Shown here: positions 28,843-39,568 of the stretch, piece after piece | Layout of the letters: each line of letters opens with the position of its first letter | Numbering within the stretch: the first letter of the stretch is position 1 | Assembly: GCA_965219955.1 (NCBI GenBank) | Contig: OZ244799.1 | Coordinates: forward strand, 480,001 to 544,000 | Source of the DNA: a bacterium | Lineage (GTDB): Bacteria > UBA8248 | Direction: 5' to 3' | DNA length: 64,000 nucleotides | The notes under the pieces: model-generated | Seen by the model: the letters and a program-made list of their open reading frames with translations, nothing else | What the model was told of the DNA's origin: nothing | Database searches by the model: none | Position numbers and translations under genes: made by a program

Positions 28843-29772
28843 TCAGGGCGCGCGCTTCGCGCCGAAGGCGCCGAGGTAGCGGGTGGTGTCGAACACGCCC
28901 CAGGCCTCCTCGTGGCCGGGGCCGTGGAAAGCGCCGGCGAGGTAGTCGCTCCCCACCGTCCCGGTCGAGAAGCGCCCCGTCGAAAGCGGCATGTCCGCCC
29001 AGCCCGGCGCGCCGACGCTGTGCCCCGGCACGGAGACGGATACCCCCACGCGCGGGCGCGAGAGGTCCGCGACCGTCACCGTCACCGTCCCCTGAAGCCG
29101 CTCGAACGCGCCGGCGGGGCTCGCCTCGACGATCCCGCTCCAGGTCGCGCTCCCCGTCCCCGAGGGGTTCGAGCCCGAGACCCCGCCCGCGGCGTAGGCC
29201 CGTGCGAAGGCGAACTCGCCGGCGAGCGTCCCCTCACCGACCTCGCCGGTGAGGGGACCGGAACCCACCTCCAGCGCCGCGTAGCCGTGCGCGCCCCAGA
29301 AGCCGTAGCTCTCGACCTCCGGCGCCGCGGTCACCCGGACGCCCTCCACGCTCTCGTCGGTGATATCGAGACGCCCCCGGGTGGTCGCGGCGTCGAACCC
29401 CCCGCGCCGGGCGAGAGCCGCCGCGCTCAGGCTGACGCCGAGAACGGCGGCCGAGCCCGTCAGGCTCCCTATGGTGACCGCCGTCCCGTCCGCCGCCTCG
29501 CAGCGCGCGCCCGTGCACTCGAACGTGTCGACCAGGTCCTCCGCGAGCGTCTCGCCCCCGCCCTCGAGTGAATAACGGGCGCGGGCGCTCGTGAGCAGCA
29601 GCGCGTCGGCGCCCGCGAGGATTTCGCCGAGCCGGACCACCGCCGGGTCCGAGCGCACCCGTTCGAGCTCCGCCTCGCCCGGCGCGGCGGTCGCCCCGCC
29701 GCCGCCGCCGCCCCCGCAGGCCGCCAGCGCCAGCGCGGCGAAGGCCAGACCCCCGAGTATCTTCATCCCCAT
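28843..29772 (-). CDS. Surface lipoprotein with a TbpB-like C-terminal beta-barrel
   Basis: Lipobox LAAC followed by poly-Gly; GSATWSG, GAFHGPGHEEAWGVF, GAFGAKR. Confidence 0.7.
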   Translation of the reverse strand: MGMKILGGLAFAALALAACGGGGGGGATAAPGEAELERVRSDPAVVRLGEILAGADALLLTSARARYSLEGGGETLAEDLVDTFECTGARCEAADGTAVTIGSLTGSAAVLGVSLSAAALARRGGFDAATTRGRLDITDESVEGVRVTAAPEVESYGFWGAHGYAALEVGSGPLTGEVGEGTLAGEFAFARAYAAGGVSGSNPSGTGSATWSGIVEASPAGAFERLQGTVTVTVADLSRPRVGVSVSVPGHSVGAPGWADMPLSTGRFSTGTVGSDYLAGAFHGPGHEEAWGVFDTTRYLGAFGAKRAP

Positions 29773-29819
29773 GAACCACCGCGCCTCCAATCCCCTGCCG
29801 ATCATCTTCCGCTCCTTCT

Positions 29820-30490
29820 TCAGAACACGAGTTTGCGGCAGGGACGGTTCGCGAACCGCCCCCGCGAGAAAATCCCGATCATCGAATTGTTCACCGTAGC
29901 AGGGACAGGCCTTTGCGCCTGTCCGAGGCCTCCGTGCCTGTCCTGCCCTCCGTGGTTGTCCTTCGTCAGGACAGGCACGGAGGCCTGTCCCTACAAAACC
30001 ATCGCGCCTGCGTCGCGTGAATCTCCATGCCGCCGACCCCGAATCAGGCTTTTTCAACAGCCTCTTAAGGGCCTGTTAAAAAACCCCTCTCCACCTCATC
30101 CTGAGTAGCGGCCCCTCGACTTCGCTCGGGACAGGCTCCGCCGTTCCCTGACACCCCTCATCCTGAGTAGGCGCGTAAGCGCCGTATCGAAGGTCAAACG
30201 CGATTGATGAATGAGCGTTTGCTCTCGCTCGGCGCGAGGCGTTCGACTCCCCGCGCCCTTCGATACGCCGCCCTTCGACAAGCTCAGGACAGGCTCTTCG
30301 GCGGCTACTCAGGGTGAGGAAAGAGGCGTTGGCGGTTTGCGGAGGGCAGACCAGGCTTTTTCAACAGCCCTCCTTAAGGGGGGTAGAGGGGTGCCTTTCA
30401 AGGCGAGAACCCCCGCCGCCGCTTAACCTCCCAACCCCCCTTGTCAGGGGGGCTTTTCTTTTATCCCCTCGTCGGGGGATATCGCCCTCC
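29820..30490. repeat. Tandem MITE/REP-like units
   Basis: ~29925-30062 is nearly identical to ~41915-42052; a second unit spans 30069-30370; TTAA at the junctions. Confidence 0.8.
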
Positions 30491-33400
30491 TCAGAACCTG
30501 TAGCGCACGTCGAGCCTGAGCCCGTGCGACGGGTCCGCCGTCTCGCGCTCCGTCCGCTCGCCGGCGAACTCCACGTCCAGGTCCGCCCGCGCCGCCTCGA
30601 AGCGCGTTCCCAGCCTCAGGCGGCTGCTGCTCTCCCCCGCGCTCGTCTCGGCGAAGGGCGTCACCAGACCCCGCCCCGCCCACGCGAAACCGTAGCCCAC
30701 CCGCGCATCCACGGCGGCCTCCCGCGCCACCGCCGCGAGCCTCGGTATCTCGTCGCGCCAGAGCGCCTCCGCGCCGCCCGCAGGCGCCCCCCAGCGCGGC
30801 GTCAGCGCGAAGGAGAGCCCCCGGCCCTCCGCCCCGGGACCCATCCGCACCGTCACGCTCACGCCTTGTTCGCGCGCGTCGTCCTCCGAATGCGCCGCCA
30901 GCCACCGCCCGCGCGCTTCTACCTGGAGCCGCGCCGCCGTGTAGCGCGCCCCGCCCGCAATCTCGATACCGCTCCCCGTGAGGCCGTCGCCCCCGTCGCG
31001 GCGCGCCGCCGCCTCCAGGAAAGGCGTGAGCGCAGCACCCCCGCCCAGTTCGACCCGGCGCGAAGCCTCCAGCCCCAGCCGCAGGCGGCGCGTGTCCGCG
31101 TTCACGCCCGAGATGGTCTCGGGACCCGCCCCGACCTCCATCCGCACGAAGCTCGCGTCCGCGCGCACCGCCAACTCGAAACCCCCCACCGGGGCGAGTT
31201 CGCGCCTCAGACCCACCGACGCCATCCGCATGTCGAGGTCGCCCGTCTCGCGCTCCTCATCCTCCGGCCGGTGGCGCGCCTCGCCTTCGCCTGCGCCCAG
31301 CACCAGGCGCAACTCCAGCCCGTTCGCGAACCGCCAGCGCCCGTAGGGATACGCCGCCGTCAGCGTCGTCTCCAGGCGGCCCCGGCCGGATGCGCCCTCC
31401 GAATCGAAGCCGTAGTCCGTCTCGCTCGTCCCGTGCGAGAGCGCAAGGCCCGCCACCCACGGACCCCGCCGCATGTCGAAGCCCAGCCAGCCCGTCCGCG
31501 TTTCGCCCTCATAGCGCGCTCCCGCCTCCGGGCGGCCCTCGAAGGAGCCGAAATCACTCCGGCCCCACACCGCCCACAGCGGCGCGCCGGGAGCCCCGTC
31601 CCCATCGGCCGAGGCCGGCGTCCAGGTGAACGCGCTCGCGCGCATGAGTTCATCGCTCGTGATTCCCGCCGCGCCGCACCCCCCGGGGGCCGCGCGCTCG
31701 TAGACGGGGCGCTCGTAGCGCTCCGCCGGGCACGCCCGCTCCAGAACCGCAGGTACGGCCCCGCCGAGCAGAACCTCCCGCCCCGCCAGCCGCACCCCCG
31801 TCCCGGGGGCGATGTCGGCGAAGCGCGCGTTCACGTTGCCCAACGCGCCCGCGAGCGTCCGCGTCCCCACGGCCGCCAGCGTCCGCCTCAGCACCCGCCG
31901 CACCGCCTCCCGGGCCGCGGGGTTCGGCGCCGCCTGGATCGTAACCGCGAAGGTCAGCGCCGCCGCGTCCGCCACCGCGCGGTTCGCGTCCGCGTCGTGG
32001 GCCGTATACGTGAACTCGTATCGCCCCGCCGCCTGCGGCGTCCCCGAAAGCCGCCGCGTCGCCGGGTCGAAGACGAGCCCCGCCAGGCCCGCCGGCTCCG
32101 AGGTCAGGCCGTAAGTCAGCGCGCCGTCGCCGCCCGCCGCCGCCGGCAGCGCCACCGGCTCCATCGCCGCGCCCCGCGCCAGCACCAGCGCCGCCACCGA
32201 CGCGCCGCCGAAGCTGGGCGCCGCGTCGGGCGTTCCGCCGCCACCGCCGCCCCCGCCACCGGGGGGCGGCGTTCGCGTCGTCGGTGGCGGGCCATAAGGC
32301 ACATCTATAGACTCGAGCAATCCCGCGCCGTTGCCCGCGTAGTCCTGAATCCGGTAATCGTCGTCGATATGATAGGTCACCCTCACCCTGTCGTCCTCGG
32401 CCACCGCCTTTGCCAGCGTCAGGATGACCGCCCGGTCGCGTACCCTGACGCTGGTCACGCCGACTATCTCAACATCCAGTCTGACGGGGGTGTTGGCATA
32501 GTTGGCGTCGTTGGGGTCTCTGGTGTCGAAGGTGCGTCGCACGCGGAAGGAGCCCGTGAGCGGTGCGACGCTCGGGTCCAGCTCCTCATCGTAGGTCAGC
32601 GTCAGCGCCGCCCCTTCCACCGTCGCGGCCACAAGCATCGGGCGCCTGGTGTCCCCGGCCAGCCGCCGATTGCGGATCGGGCGCGCGAGGTTGCCCGCGT
32701 AGTCCTGGATGCCGGCGTTTCCCGGGCCAGAACCCGCCGGGACCTCGTAGGTCAGCCGCACGGCCTGGCCTTCGGCCACCGCCGATGCCAGGGTCAGGAC
32801 GACCGCGCCGCCGCGTATCTCGACGTCGGTGACGGTCCGGCGCTGTCCCGCCACCCTCACCGAGAAGCGCTCCGGCCCCGGCGTGCGGCCCGGGTTCAGG
32901 GTCTCGCTGTAGGTCAGCACAAGCACCGACCCCTGCGCCGTCGCGCTCCACAGCGCCGGGGGCGTCGTGTCGGGCTCCGCCGGCGTGTCGTTGGCCGCCC
33001 CGAAGCCGGAGAAGTCCTCCGCGTCGTTGCCGGCCTTGTCCTGGAGCGGATTGGCGCCCGGCGCCGTGTAGCTCACCGTGACCGCCTCGCCGTGGGCGAC
33101 CGCCTGGCCCAGGGTCACCGTCGCGGTCATGCCGGAGACGGTGGCCGCGCCCGCCCCGGCGATGTTCCGGGGCGCGCCGTCCGGGGGCGTCGCGCTCACG
33201 CGGAACGCGCTCCCCGCCGGCCTCGAGCCGGCGTCCAGCGCTTCGTTGAAGGTCACGGTCAGCGTATTCTCGTACACCGTCGCGTCGGTGGCGGCGGGCA
33301 GCGCGGCGTCGGGCGTGTCGTTGTCCGCCGACTGGCTGGTGAAGCCGAACGCGTCGTTGCCGGCCGCGTCCTGGAGCGGACCGGTGCCCGGCGCCGTGTA

Positions 33401-34594
33401 TCTCACCGTGAGCGCCTCACCGTGGACGACCGCATCGCCCAGGGTCACCGTCGCGGTCTTGCCGGAGACGGTGGCCGTGCCCGTGCCATTGATGGTCCGG
33501 TCCGTGCCGCCCGGGCGCGTCGCGCTCACGCGGAACGCGCTCCCCGCCGGGCGCGAGCCGGTGTCCAGGGCCAGGTCGAAGGTCACCGTGAGCGTCGTTC
33601 CGTTCACCGACGCGCTGGAGAACATGGGCGCCGGCGTCTCGTTGTCCGCCTCCTTGCCGGAGAAGTCCGCCGTCTTGTTGCCGACCGCGTCCTTAAGCGG
33701 ATTGGTCGCCGGCTCCATGTATCTCACCCTGAGCCTCTCGCCGTGGACGACCCTGCCGTCCAGGGTCACCGTCGCGGTCTTGTCGGAGATGGAGACCGTG
33801 TCCTTGCCGTTGATGGTCCGGGGCGCGCTGCCCTGGCGACTCGCAATCACGCGGAACGCGCTCCCCGCCGGCCTCGATCCGGCGTCCAGGGGCTCGTCGA
33901 ACGTCACCTTCAGCGTCGTCGCGTTCACCGACGCGCTGGAGAACACGGGCCCCCACCTGTCCGGGTTCTTTCGTGCGTGGACGGCGATCTTCAGGGCATG
34001 GTCGGTGATGGACCCGACCCACGAACCGGTGCTTTGGTATCCCCGGAAGTGGACCAGGTCCGCAATACTCCAGTCTGGCTCCCCGGTCTCCGAATCCGAA
34101 GCCGTGAGCTGGACCTCGGCGTCACCCGGGCTGGAGACATTGAGCGCCACCCAGTATGTCGTATTGGGTCTCATGAAGACGCTACTGTTTTCGGAGAGCG
34201 TGAAACTGTTGACCCCCTGTACCAGCGACGCCGGGTTCTTCAGCGTGCTCGAGAGGGCGGAGGTGTACGGCGTGCCGTCGTTGTCCCGGTAGATGGTCAC
34301 TTTGTAGTCCGGCTGCGTTGTGATAGTAGAGAACTCGATGTCCACGCTGGTGAGCCAGTAGCCGTAGCGGTGGCTGTCCGTGGTGAACGCCTGGGCGAAA
34401 TCGTTGCCGAGGCTTGTGGAAACATCGGACGACTGCCCGGTGTTGTCCACCACTTTGATCGGAGTCTGCGTCGGGGTCTGCGCCCCGGCGGCGCCGGCGG
34501 CGAACAGCAGGGCGAGGGCGAGCAGGCAGGCCGCCGCGCGCCGCGCGCGGAAGCGGTTCGGTTCGATAGGATTCAGGCATTCTTTCGCTTTCAT
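30491..34594 (-). CDS. Autotransporter-like adhesin with tandem SwmB-type repeats, an Ig-like domain and a C-terminal beta-barrel
   Basis: Signal peptide; five repeats of the TLTVTFDE.LD..S.P...AFRV...L.D.AGN type; WGRSDFGSFEG barrel; C-terminal YRF. Confidence 0.85.
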   Translation of the reverse strand: MKAKECLNPIEPNRFRARRAAACLLALALLFAAGAAGAQTPTQTPIKVVDNTGQSSDVSTSLGNDFAQAFTTDSHRYGYWLTSVDIEFSTITTQPDYKVTIYRDNDGTPYTSALSSTLKNPASLVQGVNSFTLSENSSVFMRPNTTYWVALNVSSPGDAEVQLTASDSETGEPDWSIADLVHFRGYQSTGSWVGSITDHALKIAVHARKNPDRWGPVFSSASVNATTLKVTFDEPLDAGSRPAGSAFRVIASRQGSAPRTINGKDTVSISDKTATVTLDGRVVHGERLRVRYMEPATNPLKDAVGNKTADFSGKEADNETPAPMFSSASVNGTTLTVTFDLALDTGSRPAGSAFRVSATRPGGTDRTINGTGTATVSGKTATVTLGDAVVHGEALTVRYTAPGTGPLQDAAGNDAFGFTSQSADNDTPDAALPAATDATVYENTLTVTFNEALDAGSRPAGSAFRVSATPPDGAPRNIAGAGAATVSGMTATVTLGQAVAHGEAVTVSYTAPGANPLQDKAGNDAEDFSGFGAANDTPAEPDTTPPALWSATAQGSVLVLTYSETLNPGRTPGPERFSVRVAGQRRTVTDVEIRGGAVVLTLASAVAEGQAVRLTYEVPAGSGPGNAGIQDYAGNLARPIRNRRLAGDTRRPMLVAATVEGAALTLTYDEELDPSVAPLTGSFRVRRTFDTRDPNDANYANTPVRLDVEIVGVTSVRVRDRAVILTLAKAVAEDDRVRVTYHIDDDYRIQDYAGNGAGLLESIDVPYGPPPTTRTPPPGGGGGGGGGTPDAAPSFGGASVAALVLARGAAMEPVALPAAAGGDGALTYGLTSEPAGLAGLVFDPATRRLSGTPQAAGRYEFTYTAHDADANRAVADAAALTFAVTIQAAPNPAAREAVRRVLRRTLAAVGTRTLAGALGNVNARFADIAPGTGVRLAGREVLLGGAVPAVLERACPAERYERPVYERAAPGGCGAAGITSDELMRASAFTWTPASADGDGAPGAPLWAVWGRSDFGSFEGRPEAGARYEGETRTGWLGFDMRRGPWVAGLALSHGTSETDYGFDSEGASGRGRLETTLTAAYPYGRWRFANGLELRLVLGAGEGEARHRPEDEERETGDLDMRMASVGLRRELAPVGGFELAVRADASFVRMEVGAGPETISGVNADTRRLRLGLEASRRVELGGGAALTPFLEAAARRDGGDGLTGSGIEIAGGARYTAARLQVEARGRWLAAHSEDDAREQGVSVTVRMGPGAEGRGLSFALTPRWGAPAGGAEALWRDEIPRLAAVAREAAVDARVGYGFAWAGRGLVTPFAETSAGESSSRLRLGTRFEAARADLDVEFAGERTERETADPSHGLRLDVRYRF

Positions 34595-35089
34595 GTCGTA
34601 CCCCTCCTCGCGCGAACCCCGCGCCGGCGCGGCCGGAACGCGGGGTTCGCGAAGCATGTATTGTGGGATGAATTATTGTGGGATGAATGGAAAAATTCGA
34701 GGCGAAACGGGGAGGAAACAGGCTCAGCCTTAGGGCGGGGACTCGGGATCGGGCGGGAGCGGCGCTCCCGGCGGCGGCCGGCGCGGTCCACGGCGTCAGC
34801 CGCGCGGACGCGGCGCCCGGTTCGAATCAGGTTCAGGCGTGCCCTTGCTTTCAAGTCGTACTTGCCCCCGTATGAAGAACTGCGCACCGGCGCCGTCGCC
34901 GGGCGGTGTTACGGGGTCATGGCCGGATGTATTGGAAGGCCGTATGTAGGATTACGCCTCGTGGGAAGTATATTCTCGCATTCAGGATATACTATGGGAG
35001 GAGTATGCCTCATTGATCCTGAAATGTATATACCCTGTCGGGGAGATTTTTGTTTTTGCGCGTTTTTTCGGCGCCGGGGCGTCCGGACC

Positions 35090-35800
35090 GGCCCAGGGGG
35101 GCGTATCGAGAGCTTGTCTTAAGCCTGTCGAAGGGGACGCGGGAAAACAGCTTTCCCGCCCCCGCCCGCAGTGAAACCTCCCTCCCCGGGGTTGTTGAAA
35201 AAGTCCTGACGAAAGAGAGGTTTGTTTCGTAATGGGCCGTTCTCGTGAACGGCCCACGTTCGCGAACGACCCTTGCCGGAGAAACGGGCGCTTTATGAAG
35301 CGCCCCTATGACACCCTTCCGGAGAGAGCGCAACTCCCGTCATTCCGGCGAAAGCCGGAATCCATTTTTACTTTTCACCGGGCAGGGCGGCCACGACCTT
35401 GTTGTCGGACGGCGTCCAGATGCGGAATTCAGAAAATTCGCCTTTCGTTTTTGTTGTGTTCGATTCCGATCCATCCCACCCGGGAGTAAAGACGGCCGAG
35501 CGAGGAGGCGAAAAGGCCAAGGCGAAAATGGATTCCGTCGAATCCTCCCGCCTTGGTCGGCTCCGACACCGGAATGACGAGCAAAACCGCATTCACCCGC
35601 AGTGACAACCCCCCCAAGGGGGCCTGTTGAAAAAGTCCCCCGCCGAGGGAAAATTTGTTTGTGTGTAGGGGTCGCATACATGCGACCCGGTCTTTTTGCC
35701 TTCCAACGACGGGCCGCATATATGCGGCCCCTACACTCCCTTTAGCAAGCCGGAATCTCGTTGCCGTCATTGCAGGGGTTTTTCAACAAGCCTCAAGGGA
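35090..35800. repeat. Composite repeat cluster (CGTCATTCCGGCGAAAGCCGGAATCCA family plus a MITE-like unit at 35620-35792)
   Basis: Palindromes shared with 53582-53720; GGCCTGTTGAAAAA...TTTTTCAACAAGCC termini. Confidence 0.75.
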
Positions 35801-35839
35801 GGAGAAATGAAAAAGCAGGGGCGGCTTGCGTCTGCCCTG

Positions 35840-36730
35840 CTACCCCTCCCGCGCCTCGAACACCTTGTAGACCGCCGCGCTGTCGAGGGCGCCGAAGCCG
35901 AGTTCCTGTCCCTCGGTGTAAAAGGGCAGGCAGAGATCGCCGAGCGGCATGTTCGCGCTCACGCTTTCGCCCAGGGCGAGGCCGAGCTTGATGTCCTTGG
36001 TCAGCACGTCGAGCGTGCTCACGGGATTCGAAAAATCTCCGCTCACCATCCGGGGGCCCCGGTTTCTGAGCTGCCTGCTGTCGGCGGCGCTTCTCATGAA
36101 GGCGTCGAGCAGGAGTTCCCCTTTCACGCCCGCTCTCAGACCCATCCTGAGCGTCTCGGCGATGGCGCACCGCTGCAGACAGGTGAGGTAGTTGATGAGC
36201 ACCTTCATCGTCGCCCCGTCGCCCGCCGCACCGCAGTGAATCTGATCGGAGAGCAGGCGGCCTAACATGTCCTCCACGAGCGCGTGCGTCCGCTCCGCAC
36301 CGCCCACGAGGAAGAGGCCCACGCGGTTTTTCACGTTCTCGCTGTTGCCGCTCACGCACGCCTCCATGAAGTCGAAGCCCCGCTCCGCGCACAGGCGCGC
36401 CATCTCGCGCGTGTCGTCCGGGTCCGCGGTGGTGGTGTCGACCACGGCCTTCGGCTTCTTCTCCGGATCAACTGTGAGATAGCCGTCCTCGCCCCGGGCG
36501 CATTCGAGCGATATCCTGGAATTCGGCACCGAGATGAAGACGAAATCGGCCGCCTCGGCCACCTCCTTCGGCGAGGCGAGCACCTCCCCGCCGAGCGCCT
36601 TGAATTCCTCCTGCGCCGCCGGAACCGGGTCCGCTCCCACGAGGCGGTAGCCGTCCTCGATTAAATTCCTGGAAAACGCCCGGCCCATGAGGCCCAGGCC
36701 GATGAAGCCGATGGTTTCTTCTCTTTTCAT
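35840..36730 (-). CDS. NAD(P)-dependent oxidoreductase, 3-hydroxyisobutyrate dehydrogenase family
   Basis: GFIGLGLMG, EACVSG, MKVLIN, KDIKL. Confidence 0.9.
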   Translation of the reverse strand: MKREETIGFIGLGLMGRAFSRNLIEDGYRLVGADPVPAAQEEFKALGGEVLASPKEVAEAADFVFISVPNSRISLECARGEDGYLTVDPEKKPKAVVDTTTADPDDTREMARLCAERGFDFMEACVSGNSENVKNRVGLFLVGGAERTHALVEDMLGRLLSDQIHCGAAGDGATMKVLINYLTCLQRCAIAETLRMGLRAGVKGELLLDAFMRSAADSRQLRNRGPRMVSGDFSNPVSTLDVLTKDIKLGLALGESVSANMPLGDLCLPFYTEGQELGFGALDSAAVYKVFEAREG

Positions 36731-36812
36731 GTTCGCTTCTCTCTCCTGGCGTAGATGTCTTGTTTATCTTGGAAAAATGTGATTCGGATTCCGATCCTGG
36801 AGCGCCCGAGAC

Positions 36813-37859
36813 TCAGCCTTCTTTCGGGATGAGCACCACCTTGATGGCCCCGTCCTTTCGCTCGCGCATCATCTCGATGCCCCGGTGCACCATGGATAGG
36901 GGAATCCGGTGCGTGATCATGGGTTTCACGTTCAGCTCTCCCCGGGCGGCGAGGTCGATGCAGACCTCGAAGGTGTCGGGGTGCCCGCGCGAGCCGATGA
37001 TCTCTTTTTCGAGGTGCTGGAGGTGTTCGAGCGCGATGGGCGCATCCACCGAGAACGCGCCCACGACGACGATGCGCCCGCCCTTTCGCGCCATCTCGAA
37101 GGCCTGGGCCATCGTCTTGTTCTGCGCCCCGCCCACGACTTCGAGCACGGCGTCCGCCCCGTGCCCGCCGGTCAGGTCCTTTACGGCGGAAACCGAATCG
37201 TGCTCGCGTACGTCTATCGTCTCATCCGCTCCCATCTCCCGCGCGACTTCGAGCCTGTCCGCCACCGCGTCGATCGCGACCACGCGGCATCCCGCGTATT
37301 TCGCGCAAGCCAGCGCGCACAGCCCCACCGGCCCCATCCCGAGGATGGCGACGGTCTCGCCGGCTTCCATCCGCGCGCGGTTCATCACCACGTGATAGCC
37401 CGTGCCCAGCGTCTGCATGACCGAAGCGGTGGCGTCGTCCAGCGCGTCCGGCAGGGGCAGGACGGACTTCGCGGGCGCTACGACGTGCCGGCTGTAGCCG
37501 CCGTCTGCGTTCATGCCGATGGAGCGCGAGTCGTTGCACAGGTTCACCCGGCCCATCCGGCAGAAATAACACTCTCCGCAGTGCACGTGGTTCTCGATGC
37601 AGGCGCGCGCGCCGACTTCCACGCCTTCGGCGCCCGGGCCCAGCGCGCTCACCACGCCCATGAGTTCGTGGCCCGGCACGACGGGGTATTTCGCGCGCCG
37701 AACGTGGCCGTCTATCAGGTGGAAATCGCTGCCGCATATCGCGCAGGCGCCGACTTCGACGAGCACTTCGCCGGGGCCGGGTTCGGGCGCGGGCCGCTCC
37801 ACGAGTTCGAGTTTCCCCGGTTCATGCAAAAGAGCGGCGAGTGAATTTCGGTCGTTCAC
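36813..37859 (-). CDS. Zn-dependent medium-chain alcohol dehydrogenase
   Basis: ICGSD, GHE, CGECYFC..GRVNLC, GMGPVG. Confidence 0.93.
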   Translation of the reverse strand: MNDRNSLAALLHEPGKLELVERPAPEPGPGEVLVEVGACAICGSDFHLIDGHVRRAKYPVVPGHELMGVVSALGPGAEGVEVGARACIENHVHCGECYFCRMGRVNLCNDSRSIGMNADGGYSRHVVAPAKSVLPLPDALDDATASVMQTLGTGYHVVMNRARMEAGETVAILGMGPVGLCALACAKYAGCRVVAIDAVADRLEVAREMGADETIDVREHDSVSAVKDLTGGHGADAVLEVVGGAQNKTMAQAFEMARKGGRIVVVGAFSVDAPIALEHLQHLEKEIIGSRGHPDTFEVCIDLAARGELNVKPMITHRIPLSMVHRGIEMMRERKDGAIKVVLIPKEG

Positions 37860-37956
37860 GAGAAATCCTCCGGTGGCATCAATGGGTTTTCGGCGATTCG
37901 GCGACGCACTATAAGGTTTTATCCCGCGCTTCGCCAGAGGAGGGGGTCTCCCGTAT

Positions 37957-38245
37957 GGGTTTGCTGAAAAAAGCCCCGGGAGAGAGGAATCACTCCCCCC
38001 TTGAGGGGGTCGGGCTTCCCGAGGGGAAAGCCCGACAGAAGCCGAGCGTTTTTTGCGAAGGCTGATGCGGTGGGGGGTAAAATGCGTTTTATCGCCATTC
38101 CGGATATACCCCCCACCGAATCGCTTTCGGGCTTACGCCCTCAGCTCTTCGACTCCCCCTCAAGGGGGGAGTGAACTTCAAAAGCGTGCGCTCAACCAAA
38201 ATCGCTCCGCTGGATTTTTTCAACAGCCCCGACAAGGGGGGAGTA
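37957..38245. repeat. MITE-like unit with CCCCCTTGAGGGGG palindromic cargo
   Basis: GGGTTTGCTGAAAAA...TTTTTCAACAGCCCC termini. Confidence 0.7.
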
Positions 38246-38367
38246 ATTTGTTCTCTTGCCGGTCTGCAAGACTAGCCTTTCGCCGGATTCACTCGGAGGA
38301 GCCCTGCGCGCCTTGCGGAGGGCGGGTCGGGATTGTAGGATTCGCGCGTCTTCAAGGAGAAAGCAAA

Positions 38368-39459
38368 ATGGTGATTCAAAAGAAAGAAGTCGGCGTCGGC
38401 CTGATCGGCGCGGGCAAGATCGGCTCGCTCCGCGCGCATCTGGCGGCCACCTCGCCGGTGGTGAACTTTTTCGCCATATCGGACATCGACCCCCAGCGCG
38501 CAGAGGCCGTGGCCCAGCAGAACGAGGCGGCCTTCCATACCTCCGATAACCGTGAGGTCATCGAACACCCCCAGGTGGATGCGCTCATCGTCTCGACGCC
38601 CGAGGGCGAGCACACAGAAGCCATCTGCATGGCGCTGGAGGCCGGAAAGCCCGTCCTGGTCGAAAAGCCCATCGCGCTCACGCTGCCGGACGCGGACAGG
38701 ATCATGGAGTCGAAGGACAAGGGGGGCGCGGAACTCTACATCGGCTACACGCAGCGGATCAGGCGGAAATTCCTGGCGATCAAGGAGCACATCGACGCCG
38801 GCCGCCTGGGCGAGGTGATGACCGCGCGCATGACGATCTACAACACGCGGCCCACGGCGCGGCAGGTCTACCTGCGCGCCCCGCACGCGAACCCCTTCAC
38901 GGACGAGATCACCTACATGGCGGACATGGCGCTCTGGTTCTTCCAGCCCAGAAAGCCGGTGCGCGTCTACGCGCAGGCGGGCAGTGAGGTGTTTCACGAT
39001 CATCCCGACGGGATGGGCGATTACGGCTGGGCGGTCGTCACTTTCGACGACGGGGCGGCGGCGTGCCTGGGCGGCAACTGGGCGCTGCCCGAGTACTGGC
39101 CCGCCACGGTGGCGACCATCAGCATGGACATCTTCGGGAGCGAGGGCGCCATCCGCATCGACGACGGCCACAAGGACGTGATGATGGTGGGCAACGAGCG
39201 CGTCCCCTCGCCCTATGCGCCCGATTCCTCGGTGGAGGTCGCCTTCCTGGGCTCCGCCATGCCCGGCGATTGGGCCGTGGGCGATTTCGTGGGGCCGATG
39301 CGAGACGAGACGAGGCTCTTCCTGGAGCGTGTCACCACCGGCAAGGAGGTGCCGCTTTGCGACGCGGAGACGGGCCGCGCCGTGCTCGAACTCACCCTCG
39401 CCATGGAAGAGAGCGCCCGCCGGGGCGGCGAGGTGATCGAACTGCCTTTTCAGGGATGA
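38368..39459 (+). CDS. Gfo/Idh/MocA-family oxidoreductase
   Basis: GLIGAGKIG, VSTPEGEH, VLVEKP; AAGGAG RBS before ATG 38368. Confidence 0.92.
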   Translation: MVIQKKEVGVGLIGAGKIGSLRAHLAATSPVVNFFAISDIDPQRAEAVAQQNEAAFHTSDNREVIEHPQVDALIVSTPEGEHTEAICMALEAGKPVLVEKPIALTLPDADRIMESKDKGGAELYIGYTQRIRRKFLAIKEHIDAGRLGEVMTARMTIYNTRPTARQVYLRAPHANPFTDEITYMADMALWFFQPRKPVRVYAQAGSEVFHDHPDGMGDYGWAVVTFDDGAAACLGGNWALPEYWPATVATISMDIFGSEGAIRIDDGHKDVMMVGNERVPSPYAPDSSVEVAFLGSAMPGDWAVGDFVGPMRDETRLFLERVTTGKEVPLCDAETGRAVLELTLAMEESARRGGEVIELPFQG

Positions 39460-39568
39460 GAAACTGAAACGAACGTGGGACTGACCCACCGCTCGGGCGA
39501 TGCTGCGGCCGGGTGCGCGGCGATAATGTAACTATCTGTTTTTATTGGAATTTTCTGTTGTTTCCCGA

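Noticed and set aside
30314-35122. 1602-aa plus-strand ORF
   Set aside because: Antisense shadow of the GC-rich autotransporter; Arg/Pro-rich with no recognisable motifs.
38053-38367. N-terminal extensions on several ORFs (38053, 28843-30057, 42150, 16596)
   Set aside because: They run through repeats or non-coding leaders; downstream starts match the family N-termini.
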